Shown here: one piece after another, positions 10,761 to 18,932 of the stretch
Layout of the letters: every line of letters starts with the position of its first letter
Numbering within the stretch: the stretch's first letter is position 1
NCBI GenBank assembly: GCA_963659655.1
Contig: CAVKVE010000001.1
Coordinates: 48,337 to 90,905 of the forward strand
Reading direction: 5' to 3'
Length of the DNA: 42,569 nucleotides
Origin: Bacteroidaceae bacterium
GTDB taxonomy: Bacteria; Bacteroidota; Bacteroidia; Bacteroidales; Paludibacteraceae
Made by a program: the position numbers and the translations under genes
Notes under the pieces: model-generated
The model's database searches: none
What the model saw: the letters and a program-made list of their open reading frames with translations, nothing else
Told to the model about the DNA's origin: nothing

Positions 10761-11003
10761 TTAAGCAAGCGCTCCGGCTACATACTCGATAGCGTCACCT
10801 ACGGTCGAAATTTTCTGGGTATCCTCATCGGGGATCGAGATTTTGAACTCCTTCTCGAACTCCATGATGAGTTCTACGGTGTCCAACGAATCGGCATTCA
10901 GGTCGGTTTGGAAGTTTGCCTCGTTGGTTACTTGGCTTGCTTCAACACACAATTTATCCACGATGATGTCTTTTACCTTCTTTTCGATTTCTTGTTGAGT
11001 CAT
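10761..11003 (-). CDS. acpP: Acyl carrier protein
   Basis: 80 aa with the phosphopantetheine site [16 protein letters not shown]. Confidence 0.95.
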   Translation of the reverse strand: MTQQEIEKKVKDIIVDKLCVEASQVTNEANFQTDLNADSLDTVELIMEFEKEFKISIPDEDTQKISTVGDAIEYVAGALA

Positions 11004-11307
11004 AATGTAATATATTTAGTTTGTTTTCTTCGTTTGTTTGGTTGCTGCAGTCTTCTCACGCAACTTACCTTCCGTCAGTCATTTTCTGCAGTTTTCTTCC
11101 ACTATTTACTTCTCCCGGTCATTTTTTCTGCAGTTCCCCTCCGGTCGTTGTTTTTCTTTTTTTGGCACATTGCTTTTAGGCAGGGGCATATTGCTTTTTA
11201 GGCACGAAAAACAAAAACGGCGCAAAATTACTGCTTTTTCGCTGATTATGCAAATTTTACCCTGTTATTTAGCAAATTACGACCTGTTTTTGCGAAAAAA
11301 CCGCATA

Positions 11308-12126
11308 TTATGCACTCCCGTACTGCATATTCTTTCCGTTTATGCAATTTCCGGCGTCGAGCAGCCATTGCCACACCGGCTGCACGGCGACAGAGGTATC
11401 GGGCAGGGCTATGCTATCCGCCTCGTCGTAGGTAATAATACGCAGTTGCCAGTCAGGGTGCTTCGTGGCAAACTGCCGCAGCGGGGCAACCTCCCGTTCG
11501 CGGGTGGCAGGGTCGGACAACGAATAGCATACCTGCACCGCCAAATGCGCATCCGCCACCACAAAATCTATTTCGCGCTCCGCAAGATAATACGACACCT
11601 GCTCCCGCCCATAGAGGCGACAGAGTTGTATGGCAACAATGTTCTCCAGCAGCGACGGAGCATCGTCTATCAAGAACAGATTGAGTATACCATTGTCGAT
11701 AAAATAGTACTTCTTGTTTGACTCCTTATCCGCCAGACGCGCCAATTCGTTCTCTACAGGCAACAGCAACCAAGCGTCCTCGGTAAAGCCGGTATAGTCT
11801 ATCACGGTAGGCACCGAGGTCTGACAGCCCGTAGAGACGACAATGTTCTTCAGTCGGTTGTAGGAAACAGGCTGCTTGACACTCTCTGCCAACTTCTTGA
11901 TAATCATATTGAGTATGCGACTGTTCCGGATGCCGTTGCGGGTACAGATGTCGCCCAAATAGATCTTCTGGTAGAGGCTCGAGAGCATGGCACGCTTCTG
12001 CTTGTAGTCCATAATTTCGGGCAAGCCGCCATAGACAAAATACTCACGGAAGAGGCGCACTATCTCGCTTTTCTCCGCCGTGGAGTACTGCCAACCGTCG
12101 GACAACGACACCCCCTTTGCCTGCAA
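11308..12126 (-). pseudogene. N-terminally deleted DUF4143-family ATPase (AAA_14 domain missing)
   Basis: The ORF begins at a TTG with (F)LQAKGVSL...YFVYGGLPEI...YQKIYLGDICTRNGIRN...KYYFIDNGILN...EIDFVV. That covers the post-P-loop and DUF4143 part only. No P-loop region lies upstream in any frame, and an unrelated HNH fragment abuts it. Confidence 0.6.
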
Positions 12127-12131
12127 AAACT

Positions 12132-12287
12132 ATGGTGAACAATGAGGTTCTCCGTCGCACCACAGCAGATGCATTTGAAATTATCTCGTGTGAGAATTTC
12201 CTGTCTCTTGAGTTTCCATTTCGGGTGTAGCACAAATTGTGCATACGACCCGTGTGTAGTATCTTCTGCTATTATAAGTCGGATATA
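12132..12287 (-). pseudogene. HNH endonuclease fragment (no start codon, truncated after the first HH)
   Basis: My own translation of the - strand gives YIRLIIAEDTTHGSYAQFVLHPKWKLKRQEILTRDNFKCICCGATENLIVHH. This is the W..KR..IL.RDN..C..CG....L.VHH signature. The frame opens straight after a TAA (12288-12290), and the distal half of the HNH motif is absent. Confidence 0.45.
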
Positions 12288-12328
12288 TTAGCTTTTGTCA
12301 GTATGGAGAGGGTTGAAGCGGAGTTAGA

Positions 12329-13147
12329 TTAGTGCTCGTAAATGTCGGCAAGAGTTTTTGCGTCATCTGCCGTTTTCCAGTCAGCCCAACCATTGGAGGG
12401 GCGACCAAGAACATATTCGCTTGCCTGGCTTGGCGTGTTGAAAGGATAGTCTTCTTTCAGCACCAATAAACCTTTTTTAGTTTCAACATGTTGTGTTATC
12501 CACTCATTACGGCGTGCAGGATTATGGAACGAATTGACTGTTGTTGGTTCTATAATGCTATCTTTGAATACGACAAATCGTTTGTTTGCTACATCGTACA
12601 CTCCTTTTGCGTCTGCGCCTTTTGCACAGCAACGGAATAGGATTTCAGATTCTTTTTTTTCCGCCTTATAGAAGATGTTGCAACCTACAAAATCCACAAG
12701 GAACTTGATGTCATCATAGAACTTATCGGCATCGGATTTCATCTCCAAAGTGAGATGTGGTTGCTTGGGGATTTGCTTGTTATCCGACAGTTCAAAACCA
12801 CCCGCTTTTATGGCATCATCTATAGCGCGGTACTCCAGATATTGTACATGTGCATTTGACATTGTGTGAGATGAATCAATAAACACATACGCAATCTCGA
12901 ACTCCTTTTTCTTATGGTCACTAATGCGATGCTTGAAAGAGTGAGATTGCCCGATATAGGCTCGGTATTCACCCATGATAAAGATGTATAGACACGGAGT
13001 GTTTAATTCCTGGAAACTCTTAATGGTTACATCAATATCTGCTTTGGGTATAATAAACATTTGGCACACCTTATTACCAAGAGAAAGCCGTTGCGGTCCT
13101 CTTGTGGTGCCATCAATAAGCAATGTGCGGATTGTTTCAGTTGTCAT
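12329..13147 (-). CDS. GIY-YIG nuclease family protein with a DUF4357-like C-terminal domain
   Basis: LLIDGTTRGPQRLSLGN..., PCLYIFIMGEYRAYIGQSHSFKHRISDH, NAHVQYLEYRAIDDA, then a C-terminal domain with FVVFKDS and FNTPSQASEYVLGRPSNGWADWK. ATG at 13147 (MTTETIR) is preferred over the ORF-track start at 13228, because the upstream gene stump ends 8 nt after that ATG. The region is visibly AT-rich. Confidence 0.7.
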   Translation of the reverse strand: MTTETIRTLLIDGTTRGPQRLSLGNKVCQMFIIPKADIDVTIKSFQELNTPCLYIFIMGEYRAYIGQSHSFKHRISDHKKKEFEIAYVFIDSSHTMSNAHVQYLEYRAIDDAIKAGGFELSDNKQIPKQPHLTLEMKSDADKFYDDIKFLVDFVGCNIFYKAEKKESEILFRCCAKGADAKGVYDVANKRFVVFKDSIIEPTTVNSFHNPARRNEWITQHVETKKGLLVLKEDYPFNTPSQASEYVLGRPSNGWADWKTADDAKTLADIYEH

Positions 13148-13328
13148 TTTTGTCTTTAGGGTTGACCGTTGTCTTGATGATTTTTTCTTCGTCTGTGAGT
13201 TTGTATTTGCTGTAGAGTTGCTCATCAATTTCTGCTACAGACTTTGACCAGTCAATATCTGAATGAACGGTAAAGTCTTGGAGTGGAACATAATTAAATA
13301 CATCTTGCGTAATATGGATGGTACCTTC
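13137..13328 (-). pseudogene. C-terminal stump (63 aa, no start) of the gene once upstream of the GIY-YIG gene, possibly restriction-modification related
   Basis: My own translation gives EGTIHITQDVFNYVPLQDFTVHSDIDWSKSVAEIDEQLYSKYKLTDEEKIIKTTVNPKDKNDN*. The frame opens right after a TAA at 13329-13331. The tail DW.K...EID..LY.KY.LT.EE resembles C-termini I recall from R-M methylase or endonuclease proteins. This is unverified. Confidence 0.35.
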
Positions 13329-13371
13329 TTAAGTTCACATTAGAAGTGCTACAAATGTTTTTCCATTTAAA

Positions 13372-13449
13372 TTACCTATTGAGGTCACCTATTACAGTTA
13401 CTTATTGAGGTTACCTATTACAGTTACTTATTGCGGTTATCTATTTTAG
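13372..13449. repeat. 6 x 13-bp (or 3 x 26-bp) tandem array, iteron-like
   Basis: TTACCTATTGAGG TCACCTATTACAG TTACTTATTGAGG TTACCTATTACAG TTACTTATTGCGG TTATCTATTTTAG. Confidence 0.9.
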
Positions 13450-13474
13450 ATGCAAAGATACACATTTTATTCCG

Positions 13475-13675
13475 CATACCCAAATTTTTCCCTTTTTTCC
13501 CCATTTCCCCTCTCCTCCCTCCCAAAAATTTCCCCCCCCCCCCTTCTCCACCCCCCCACACAAAAAATCCCTAAAAAAATCCAAACTTTCCTTTCAAAAT
13601 TTCCCCTCATTTCCCTACTTTTCCCGAACCACTCCCGAACCAACTCCTTATTTTCCCCTCTTTTTGTTATATATT
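13475..13675. repeat. Strand-asymmetric C/T/A tract: 151 nt with no G (13475-13625), with C12 (13532-13543) and C7 (13551-13557) runs
   Basis: Direct reading finds only two G residues (13626, 13637) between 13475 and 13675. C-runs of 3 or more occur at 13490, 13499, 13507, 13517, 13521, 13532, 13551, 13569, 13603, 13613, 13623 and 13634. Confidence 0.9.
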
Positions 13676-13743
13676 TTTGGTACGCAAATTATGAAAAAGT
13701 TACGAAAAAGCAAAACCCGCTTGCAAGAACCGCAAAATCATTG

Positions 13744-13751
13744 TACCTTTG
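13744..13751 (+). promoter_or_regulatory. Candidate Bacteroidota -7 box (TAnnTTTG) for the beta-barrel gene
   Basis: TACCTTTG lies 92 nt upstream of the ATG at 13843. The identical octamer precedes the antiporter gene at 19088. Confidence 0.4.
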
Positions 13752-13842
13752 TCGTACTATTTGCGGCGAAGCAGTTGCCTATCAGCGCCTTCGGCCACCA
13801 TTGTCAGTAGGCAATCTCCCCGCTCCACTAACCGTAAGACAC

Positions 13843-14676
13843 ATGAAGAAATCGACTCAGATTGCGATGGTATTGTCCGCCATCTGTCTTATGTTTGCAT
13901 TCCCTATGCAGGCAGAAGTTACCGGCCACCGCGGGAATCCCCGTGTCTCCTCCAATCGAAAGGCATGGCGCACCTCTCCCGGCTATGGTGGACGCTACAC
14001 GGCCCGCAATTCCTCCGTCGCACAAGGCCTCAGCTTGTCCTTGAATGCCCTCTACTATTACGGCGACATCGATATGTTGGACCTTGCGTTCCAGCACGGG
14101 TACCAGAAGCAAAACCTTTCGCTCGGCGGCAGCGCCACCTTTGCTTACCTTCACCCGCTTGCCAATAGTGTCAATTGCCGCGTCAGTTTGGGCGGTGGTT
14201 ACCTGCATGGAAACGACAGCGCCCGCCGTTATACCACTACCGACGCGCAGGGGATGAAAGTAGAGCGTTGGATAGGCAAGGGCAGTTTCCGTTCCGGTTT
14301 CGGCGAGGCATCCGTGGGTTTCGAGTGGTTTCCCTTCCCGAGAGCCGGATTTTATATCTACGCCGGGTTGGGGCTGAATGTGAGCGTCATCCACTACGAC
14401 TTCACCAAGTCGAATCGAGGCGAGGGTGTTCGTGTGGGTCTGCTTCCCATGTTGCCGCTCGAGGTGGGCTATAGTATCGATATGACGCATGGTCTGTTCT
14501 TGAGTGCCGTGGTAGCCGTGCATCAGGGTCTTTTGGATGTCCCGTATTGCAATCTTGATGCCTATCCGGTCACCAAGTCCTCCCGTTTCCAGTGGGGCGA
14601 TGGCTATTTTTCGGTAGGTCTTACGCTCGCCTATCGTTGGAACAAGTGCGAGCCTTGCCGCCTGCTGCGCTACTAA
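13843..14676 (+). CDS. Putative outer-membrane beta-barrel protein
   Basis: Internal ATG gives MKKSTQIAMVLSAICLMFAFPMQAEV (signal peptide). This is followed by Gly/aromatic-rich alternating strands (LSLNALYYYGD, GGSATFAYLHP, FYIYAGLGLNVSV, GYFSVGLTLAYRW). The ORF-track extension to 13450 translates the low-complexity C-rich tract and is rejected. Confidence 0.6.
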   Translation: MKKSTQIAMVLSAICLMFAFPMQAEVTGHRGNPRVSSNRKAWRTSPGYGGRYTARNSSVAQGLSLSLNALYYYGDIDMLDLAFQHGYQKQNLSLGGSATFAYLHPLANSVNCRVSLGGGYLHGNDSARRYTTTDAQGMKVERWIGKGSFRSGFGEASVGFEWFPFPRAGFYIYAGLGLNVSVIHYDFTKSNRGEGVRVGLLPMLPLEVGYSIDMTHGLFLSAVVAVHQGLLDVPYCNLDAYPVTKSSRFQWGDGYFSVGLTLAYRWNKCEPCRLLRY

Positions 14677-14757
14677 CCACACTGCACGCACCGCATAAGC
14701 AACCGACTGTAAATCAATTATATTCACAAAAATCCATTTTACGAATTCTACCAAACT

Positions 14758-16011
14758 GTGGCGAACAAGCATAAGATAATCAACGACCCTGTTTTTGGCT
14801 TCCTGCGCATCCCGACCGATTTGCTTTACGAGGTGTTGCAGCACCCTTATATGCAGCGGCTCAGTCGTATCCGCCAGTTAGGCCTTTCCTATTTCGTTTA
14901 TCCGGGTGCCATGCACAGCCGTTTTCTGCACTCCATAGGTGCCATGCACCTTATGAGTGAGGGCATCGATGCCCTGCGTGGCAAGGGCGTTGCCATCAGC
15001 AACGGCGAGGCAACGGGTGCCATGGCGGCTATTCTGCTCCACGACATCGGTCACGGCCCTTTCTCCCATGTGTTGGAGCATACTTTGGTCGATGGCATCA
15101 CCCACGAAGAAATTTCGCTCCTCATGATGGAGCAGATCAATATCGACCTCAGCCATTCGGGCGAGCAGCAGCTTTGGCAGCAGCGTCCGCTCGATGAGGC
15201 CATCGCTATTTTCAAGGACGAGTACCCTCGCCATTTCTTGCACCAGCTCATTTCCAGTCAGTTGGATGTCGACCGTATGGACTATCTCTGCCGCGATTCG
15301 TTTTTCACGGGCGTGCAGGAGGGTCGTGTGGCAAGCGAGCGTCTGCTCAAGATGCTTAATGTGGTGGACGACCGCCTCGTGGTCGAAATCAAGGGCATCT
15401 ATTCCGTCGAGAAGTTCCTCGTGGCGCGTCGTTTGATGTATTGGCAGGTCTATCTGCATAAGACCTCTGTCGCTGCCGAGCAGCACCTTATCAAGATTTT
15501 GGCGCGTGCCAAAGAGTTGGCTCTCAGCGGCAAGGAACTTTTCTGTTCTCCTTCGTTGCACTATTTTTTGTACCATCATGTCACCGCCGCCGATTTTGCC
15601 ATCGGCAGTGAGGCGCTCCGTGAATACGCTTTGTTGGACGATACCGATGTGCTTTCCGCCATCAAAGTGTGGATGTCGTCGGATGATACCGTGCTGCGTG
15701 AGTTGAGTATCGCTTTCACCAATCGCAGCCTTTTCCGTGGCACGCTGTTGGAGCAGCCGCTCGACGAGCAGGACCGCAAGGCCCTTTGCCGCCACTATGC
15801 GGCCGCTATGGGCGTGAGCGAGCATGATGCGGAATACTTTTTCTCCGAGCATGTTTCCACCAGCAACACCTATTCCGAGAAGGACGATTCCATCGACATT
15901 CTCTATGGCGACGGCTCGGTTCGTGACATTGCCTCGGCCAGCGAGATACTCGACCTCGCTTCGCTCACCCGCAAGCCCAAGAAGCTCTACTTGTTCCGTT
16001 TCCGCGCTTAA
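14758..16011 (+). CDS. HD-domain phosphohydrolase (COG1078-like)
   Basis: 417 aa with a GTG start. Motifs IINDPVFGF, HSRFLHSIGAMHL, LLHDIGHGPFSH and DVDRMDYLCRDS. Confidence 0.85.
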   Translation: MANKHKIINDPVFGFLRIPTDLLYEVLQHPYMQRLSRIRQLGLSYFVYPGAMHSRFLHSIGAMHLMSEGIDALRGKGVAISNGEATGAMAAILLHDIGHGPFSHVLEHTLVDGITHEEISLLMMEQINIDLSHSGEQQLWQQRPLDEAIAIFKDEYPRHFLHQLISSQLDVDRMDYLCRDSFFTGVQEGRVASERLLKMLNVVDDRLVVEIKGIYSVEKFLVARRLMYWQVYLHKTSVAAEQHLIKILARAKELALSGKELFCSPSLHYFLYHHVTAADFAIGSEALREYALLDDTDVLSAIKVWMSSDDTVLRELSIAFTNRSLFRGTLLEQPLDEQDRKALCRHYAAAMGVSEHDAEYFFSEHVSTSNTYSEKDDSIDILYGDGSVRDIASASEILDLASLTRKPKKLYLFRFRA

Positions 16012-16136
16012 TTTTTTCCCGTAAACGCTACACCTGTTTTTCAAACGCTGCGTCTATTTTTCAAACGCAACACCTATTTTTCAAACGCAACACCATTTTT
16101 CAAACGCTGCATCTATTTTTCAAAAATAACACCCGC
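16012..16136. repeat. About 6 x 20-bp tandem array between the HD gene and lpxD
   Basis: TTTTTCAAACGCTGCGTCTA / TTTTTCAAACGCAACACCTA / TTTTTCAAACGCAACACCA / TTTTTCAAACGCTGCATCTA, flanked by degenerate units (16012-16036 and 16116-16136). Confidence 0.9.
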
Positions 16137-16218
16137 AAAAAACATCATTAAATAAAAAATCATCATTAAAAATCATACAAAATCGGGGTATTTCCCGAAC
16201 CAACGCCCTACATAGAAT

Positions 16219-17238
16219 ATGGAATTCAGTGCAAAACAGATAGCCTTAGTCTTAGGCGGTAAATTATATGGCGATGAAAATCGCATGGTCAGCGATGTGG
16301 CACCTATAGAGCAAGCCACCGAGGGCAAGTTGTGTTTCCTGTGCGAAGCCAAGTATTTGCCTTACCTCTCCACTACCAACGCCTCTGTGGTATTGGTCAC
16401 CGAGAGTCTTCTTGCCGGAGCTAAGCCGGAGAGCCATGCCGCCGTCGTCGCAGTTGAGAATGCGCGTGGTGCGATGGCGCAGCTGCTCAAGCTTGTGTCC
16501 GATGCCATGAACCCCAAGCGTCACGGTGTGGAGCAGCCGTCCTTCGTCAGTGAAGGCGTTTCCGTGCCGGACGATGCCTATATTGGTGCCTTTGCGTATA
16601 TTGGCAAGAATGTACAGCTCGGCCAAGGCGTGCAGATATACCCGCAGGTGTATATTGGCGACAATGTCCGTATCGGCGATAACACCATCCTCTATGCAGG
16701 CGTCAAGGTCTATCACAACTGTGTTATCGGCCGTGACTGTATCTTGCACGCCGGCGTGGTCATCGGTGCCGACGGCTTCGGATTCGAGCCGGACGCCAAG
16801 GGTATCAACCAAAAGATTCCGCAGATAGGCAATGTAGTCATCGAGGATGATGTGGAGATAGGCGCAAATACCACTATCGACCGTGCCATGATGGGCAGCA
16901 CCCGCGTGCATACCAACGCCAAGTTGGACAACCTCGTGCAGGTAGCCCACAATGTGGAGGTAGGTTCTTCCACCTTTATGTGCGCTCAGGTGGGCGTCGC
17001 AGGTTCTACCAAGATCGGTGCGCATTGCATCCTCGCCGGCCAGGCGGGCGTAGCAGGCCATATCGAGATAGCCGACGGCTGTGTCTTTGGCGCACAGACC
17101 GGCGTGGCAAGCTCGGTGCGCAAGCCGGGCATGTATCAGGGCAGCCCCGCCATCGATGCCATGAATTGGCGCCGCTCTTCGGTGGGTTTCAAGCAGTTGC
17201 CGGAGCTTATCAAGAAAGTCAACGAGCTGCAGAAATAA
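16219..17238 (+). CDS. lpxD: UDP-3-O-acylglucosamine N-acyltransferase
   Basis: 339 aa. LpxD N-terminal domain, then a long hexapeptide-repeat left-handed beta-helix (IGDNVRIGDNTILYAGVKV...IGRDCILHAGVVIGADGFGF). Confidence 0.95.
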   Translation: MEFSAKQIALVLGGKLYGDENRMVSDVAPIEQATEGKLCFLCEAKYLPYLSTTNASVVLVTESLLAGAKPESHAAVVAVENARGAMAQLLKLVSDAMNPKRHGVEQPSFVSEGVSVPDDAYIGAFAYIGKNVQLGQGVQIYPQVYIGDNVRIGDNTILYAGVKVYHNCVIGRDCILHAGVVIGADGFGFEPDAKGINQKIPQIGNVVIEDDVEIGANTTIDRAMMGSTRVHTNAKLDNLVQVAHNVEVGSSTFMCAQVGVAGSTKIGAHCILAGQAGVAGHIEIADGCVFGAQTGVASSVRKPGMYQGSPAIDAMNWRRSSVGFKQLPELIKKVNELQK

Positions 17239-17456
17239 GCAGCCGTACGCACCCGTCGGAATAGCGGGAATTCCCGTAATTTCCTAATTCTGTGTTCATT
17301 GCCCCCAAAAAGCAGAATTTTGGTGCGTTTTTTGCATGTCTGTTTTTTCACGCTTGTGGGTCGATATGCGCCGGCTGCCCCATGCTATCGTAGCAAAATG
17401 GTCAGTCCGATGCCGAGCCCACAGCGGTAATAAGGTCAAATAAGGTACAATTAGAT

Positions 17457-18875
17457 ATGAAACAAACAAAAATCGTTGCCAGCATTAGCGATTTCCGCTG
17501 CGATGTCGATTTCATACGCAGTCTGTTCGATGCCGGAATGAATGTCGTGCGTATCAATACCGCCCACGCCAGTGAGGAGGGTATGCGCCGCATCATTGAG
17601 AACACCCGCAAGGTGAGCAATCGAATCGCTATTTTGCTCGACACCAAGGGGCCGGAGATTCGCACCACGGCGTGCGCTCAACCCATCGAATATCACACCG
17701 GAGATATTGTTAAAATATATGGAAATCCCGAAGCAGAATGCAAGGTAGACGCTATCAATGTCACCTATCGCAACTTTGCGCACGATGTTTCTGTCGGCTC
17801 TCACATCTTGTTCGACGATGGTGCTCTCGATATGCTCGTTACGGACATCCATGGCGATGAGCTGGTTGCCGAGGTGCAGAACGATGGCATTCTCGGATCC
17901 AAGAAGAGCGTCAATGTACCCTGCGCCCATATCGACCTTCCGGCGCTCACCGAGAAGGACATCCATAACATTGAGTTCGCCGCTTCCATGGATGTAGATT
18001 TCATTGCCCATAGCTTTGTGCGTTCCGCAGCCGATGTCCAGGCTGTCCAAGAGGTCATCAACCGCACCGGCAAGGAGATGCTTATCATTTCCAAGATTGA
18101 GAACCAGGAGGGCGTAGATAATATCGATGAAATCATTCAGGCGTCCTATGGTGTGATGGTAGCGCGTGGCGACCTCGGCATCGAGGTACCTATCGAGCGC
18201 ATACCGGGCATCCAGCGTATGATTATCCGTAAGTGCCGTTGCGCTCGTAAGCCCGTCATCGTGGCGACGCAGATGCTGCACACCATGATTCACAATCCCC
18301 GCCCCACCCGTGCGGAGGTCACCGACATCGCCAATGCGGTCTTCTCTCGCACCGATGCGCTGATGTTGTCGGGCGAGACGGCTTCGGGTAAGTACCCCGT
18401 GGAGGCCGTTCGCACCATGGCGCATATCGCCGAGCAGGCCGAGTCGGAGAAAGACTACACCCGTGATATGGAGTTAGGCAGCGGTGACGACGATCCCGTA
18501 CGCGAGTTCTTTGCGCAGTCGGCCATCAAGGCAGCCACCGATTTGGGTCTGAAAGGCATCCTTATCGATAGTTTCACGGGTCGTATGGCGCGTAATTTGT
18601 CGGCTTTCCGTGGTCCTACGCCTATCATGGCGGTCTGCTACAAGGAGACGCTGCTCCGTTCGCTCAACTTGAGTTACGGCATCTATCCCGCCTATACCCC
18701 GGAGCATCTCGACAAGCAGGAGTTGTTCAAACAGACGGCAGCCAAAATGTTAGAGAGCGGTTTTGCCCACGAGAACGACAAGTTGGCTTACCTGACCGGT
18801 GTCTATGAGGACTCCAAGAGCTGCAGCACCTTGCTCGAAATCAACACCGTCAAGGAGGAGCTCACACACCAATAA
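17457..18875 (+). CDS. pyk: Pyruvate kinase
   Basis: 472 aa: TKIVASI, GMNVVRINTAHAS, LLDTKGPEIRT, ISKIENQEGVDNIDEI, MVARGDLGIEVP and MLSGETA. Confidence 0.95.
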   Translation: MKQTKIVASISDFRCDVDFIRSLFDAGMNVVRINTAHASEEGMRRIIENTRKVSNRIAILLDTKGPEIRTTACAQPIEYHTGDIVKIYGNPEAECKVDAINVTYRNFAHDVSVGSHILFDDGALDMLVTDIHGDELVAEVQNDGILGSKKSVNVPCAHIDLPALTEKDIHNIEFAASMDVDFIAHSFVRSAADVQAVQEVINRTGKEMLIISKIENQEGVDNIDEIIQASYGVMVARGDLGIEVPIERIPGIQRMIIRKCRCARKPVIVATQMLHTMIHNPRPTRAEVTDIANAVFSRTDALMLSGETASGKYPVEAVRTMAHIAEQAESEKDYTRDMELGSGDDDPVREFFAQSAIKAATDLGLKGILIDSFTGRMARNLSAFRGPTPIMAVCYKETLLRSLNLSYGIYPAYTPEHLDKQELFKQTAAKMLESGFAHENDKLAYLTGVYEDSKSCSTLLEINTVKEELTHQ

Positions 18876-18897
18876 ACCATTTATATTTTCAAAAACA

Positions 18898-18932
18898 GAC
18901 CGACTAACCCCACCGTTAGCCGGTCTTTTTTT
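18898..18932 (+). terminator. Rho-independent terminator of pyk
   Basis: GACCGACTAAC (18898-18908) pairs with GTTAGCCGGTC (18915-18925) with one mismatch, followed by T7 (18926-18932). Confidence 0.75.

Noticed and set aside
12044-12244. 66-aa - strand ORF upstream of the truncated ATPase
   Set aside because: It reads across the HNH fragment in the wrong frame. The HNH signature appears in a different frame that lacks a start, so neither is a functional gene.
13372-13449. Possibility that the tandem arrays (13, 20, 14 and 11 bp units) are CRISPR arrays
   Set aside because: The units are contiguous with no unique spacers, are far shorter than CRISPR repeats, and no cas genes are present.
13450-13842. 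N-terminal 131-aa extension of the 13450..14676 ORF
   Set aside because: It translates the G-free C-rich tract into Pro/Ser/Phe/Leu low-complexity sequence. A TAnnTTTG box and a canonical signal-peptide start (ATG 13843) lie inside it.
17263-17274. 12-bp perfect palindrome CGGGAATTCCCG downstream of lpxD
   Set aside because: It leaves too little room for a stable RNA hairpin loop and has no flanking T-run. It is probably a chance palindrome around an EcoRI site.
17239-17456. Searched intergenic regions (17239-17456, 18933-19138, 10490-10760, 37822-38491) for tRNA, riboswitch or other named ncRNA
   Set aside because: I found no cloverleaf-compatible sequence and no motif I can confidently assign to a known RNA family. 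A covariance-model scan (Infernal/Rfam, tRNAscan-SE) would be needed to be sure.
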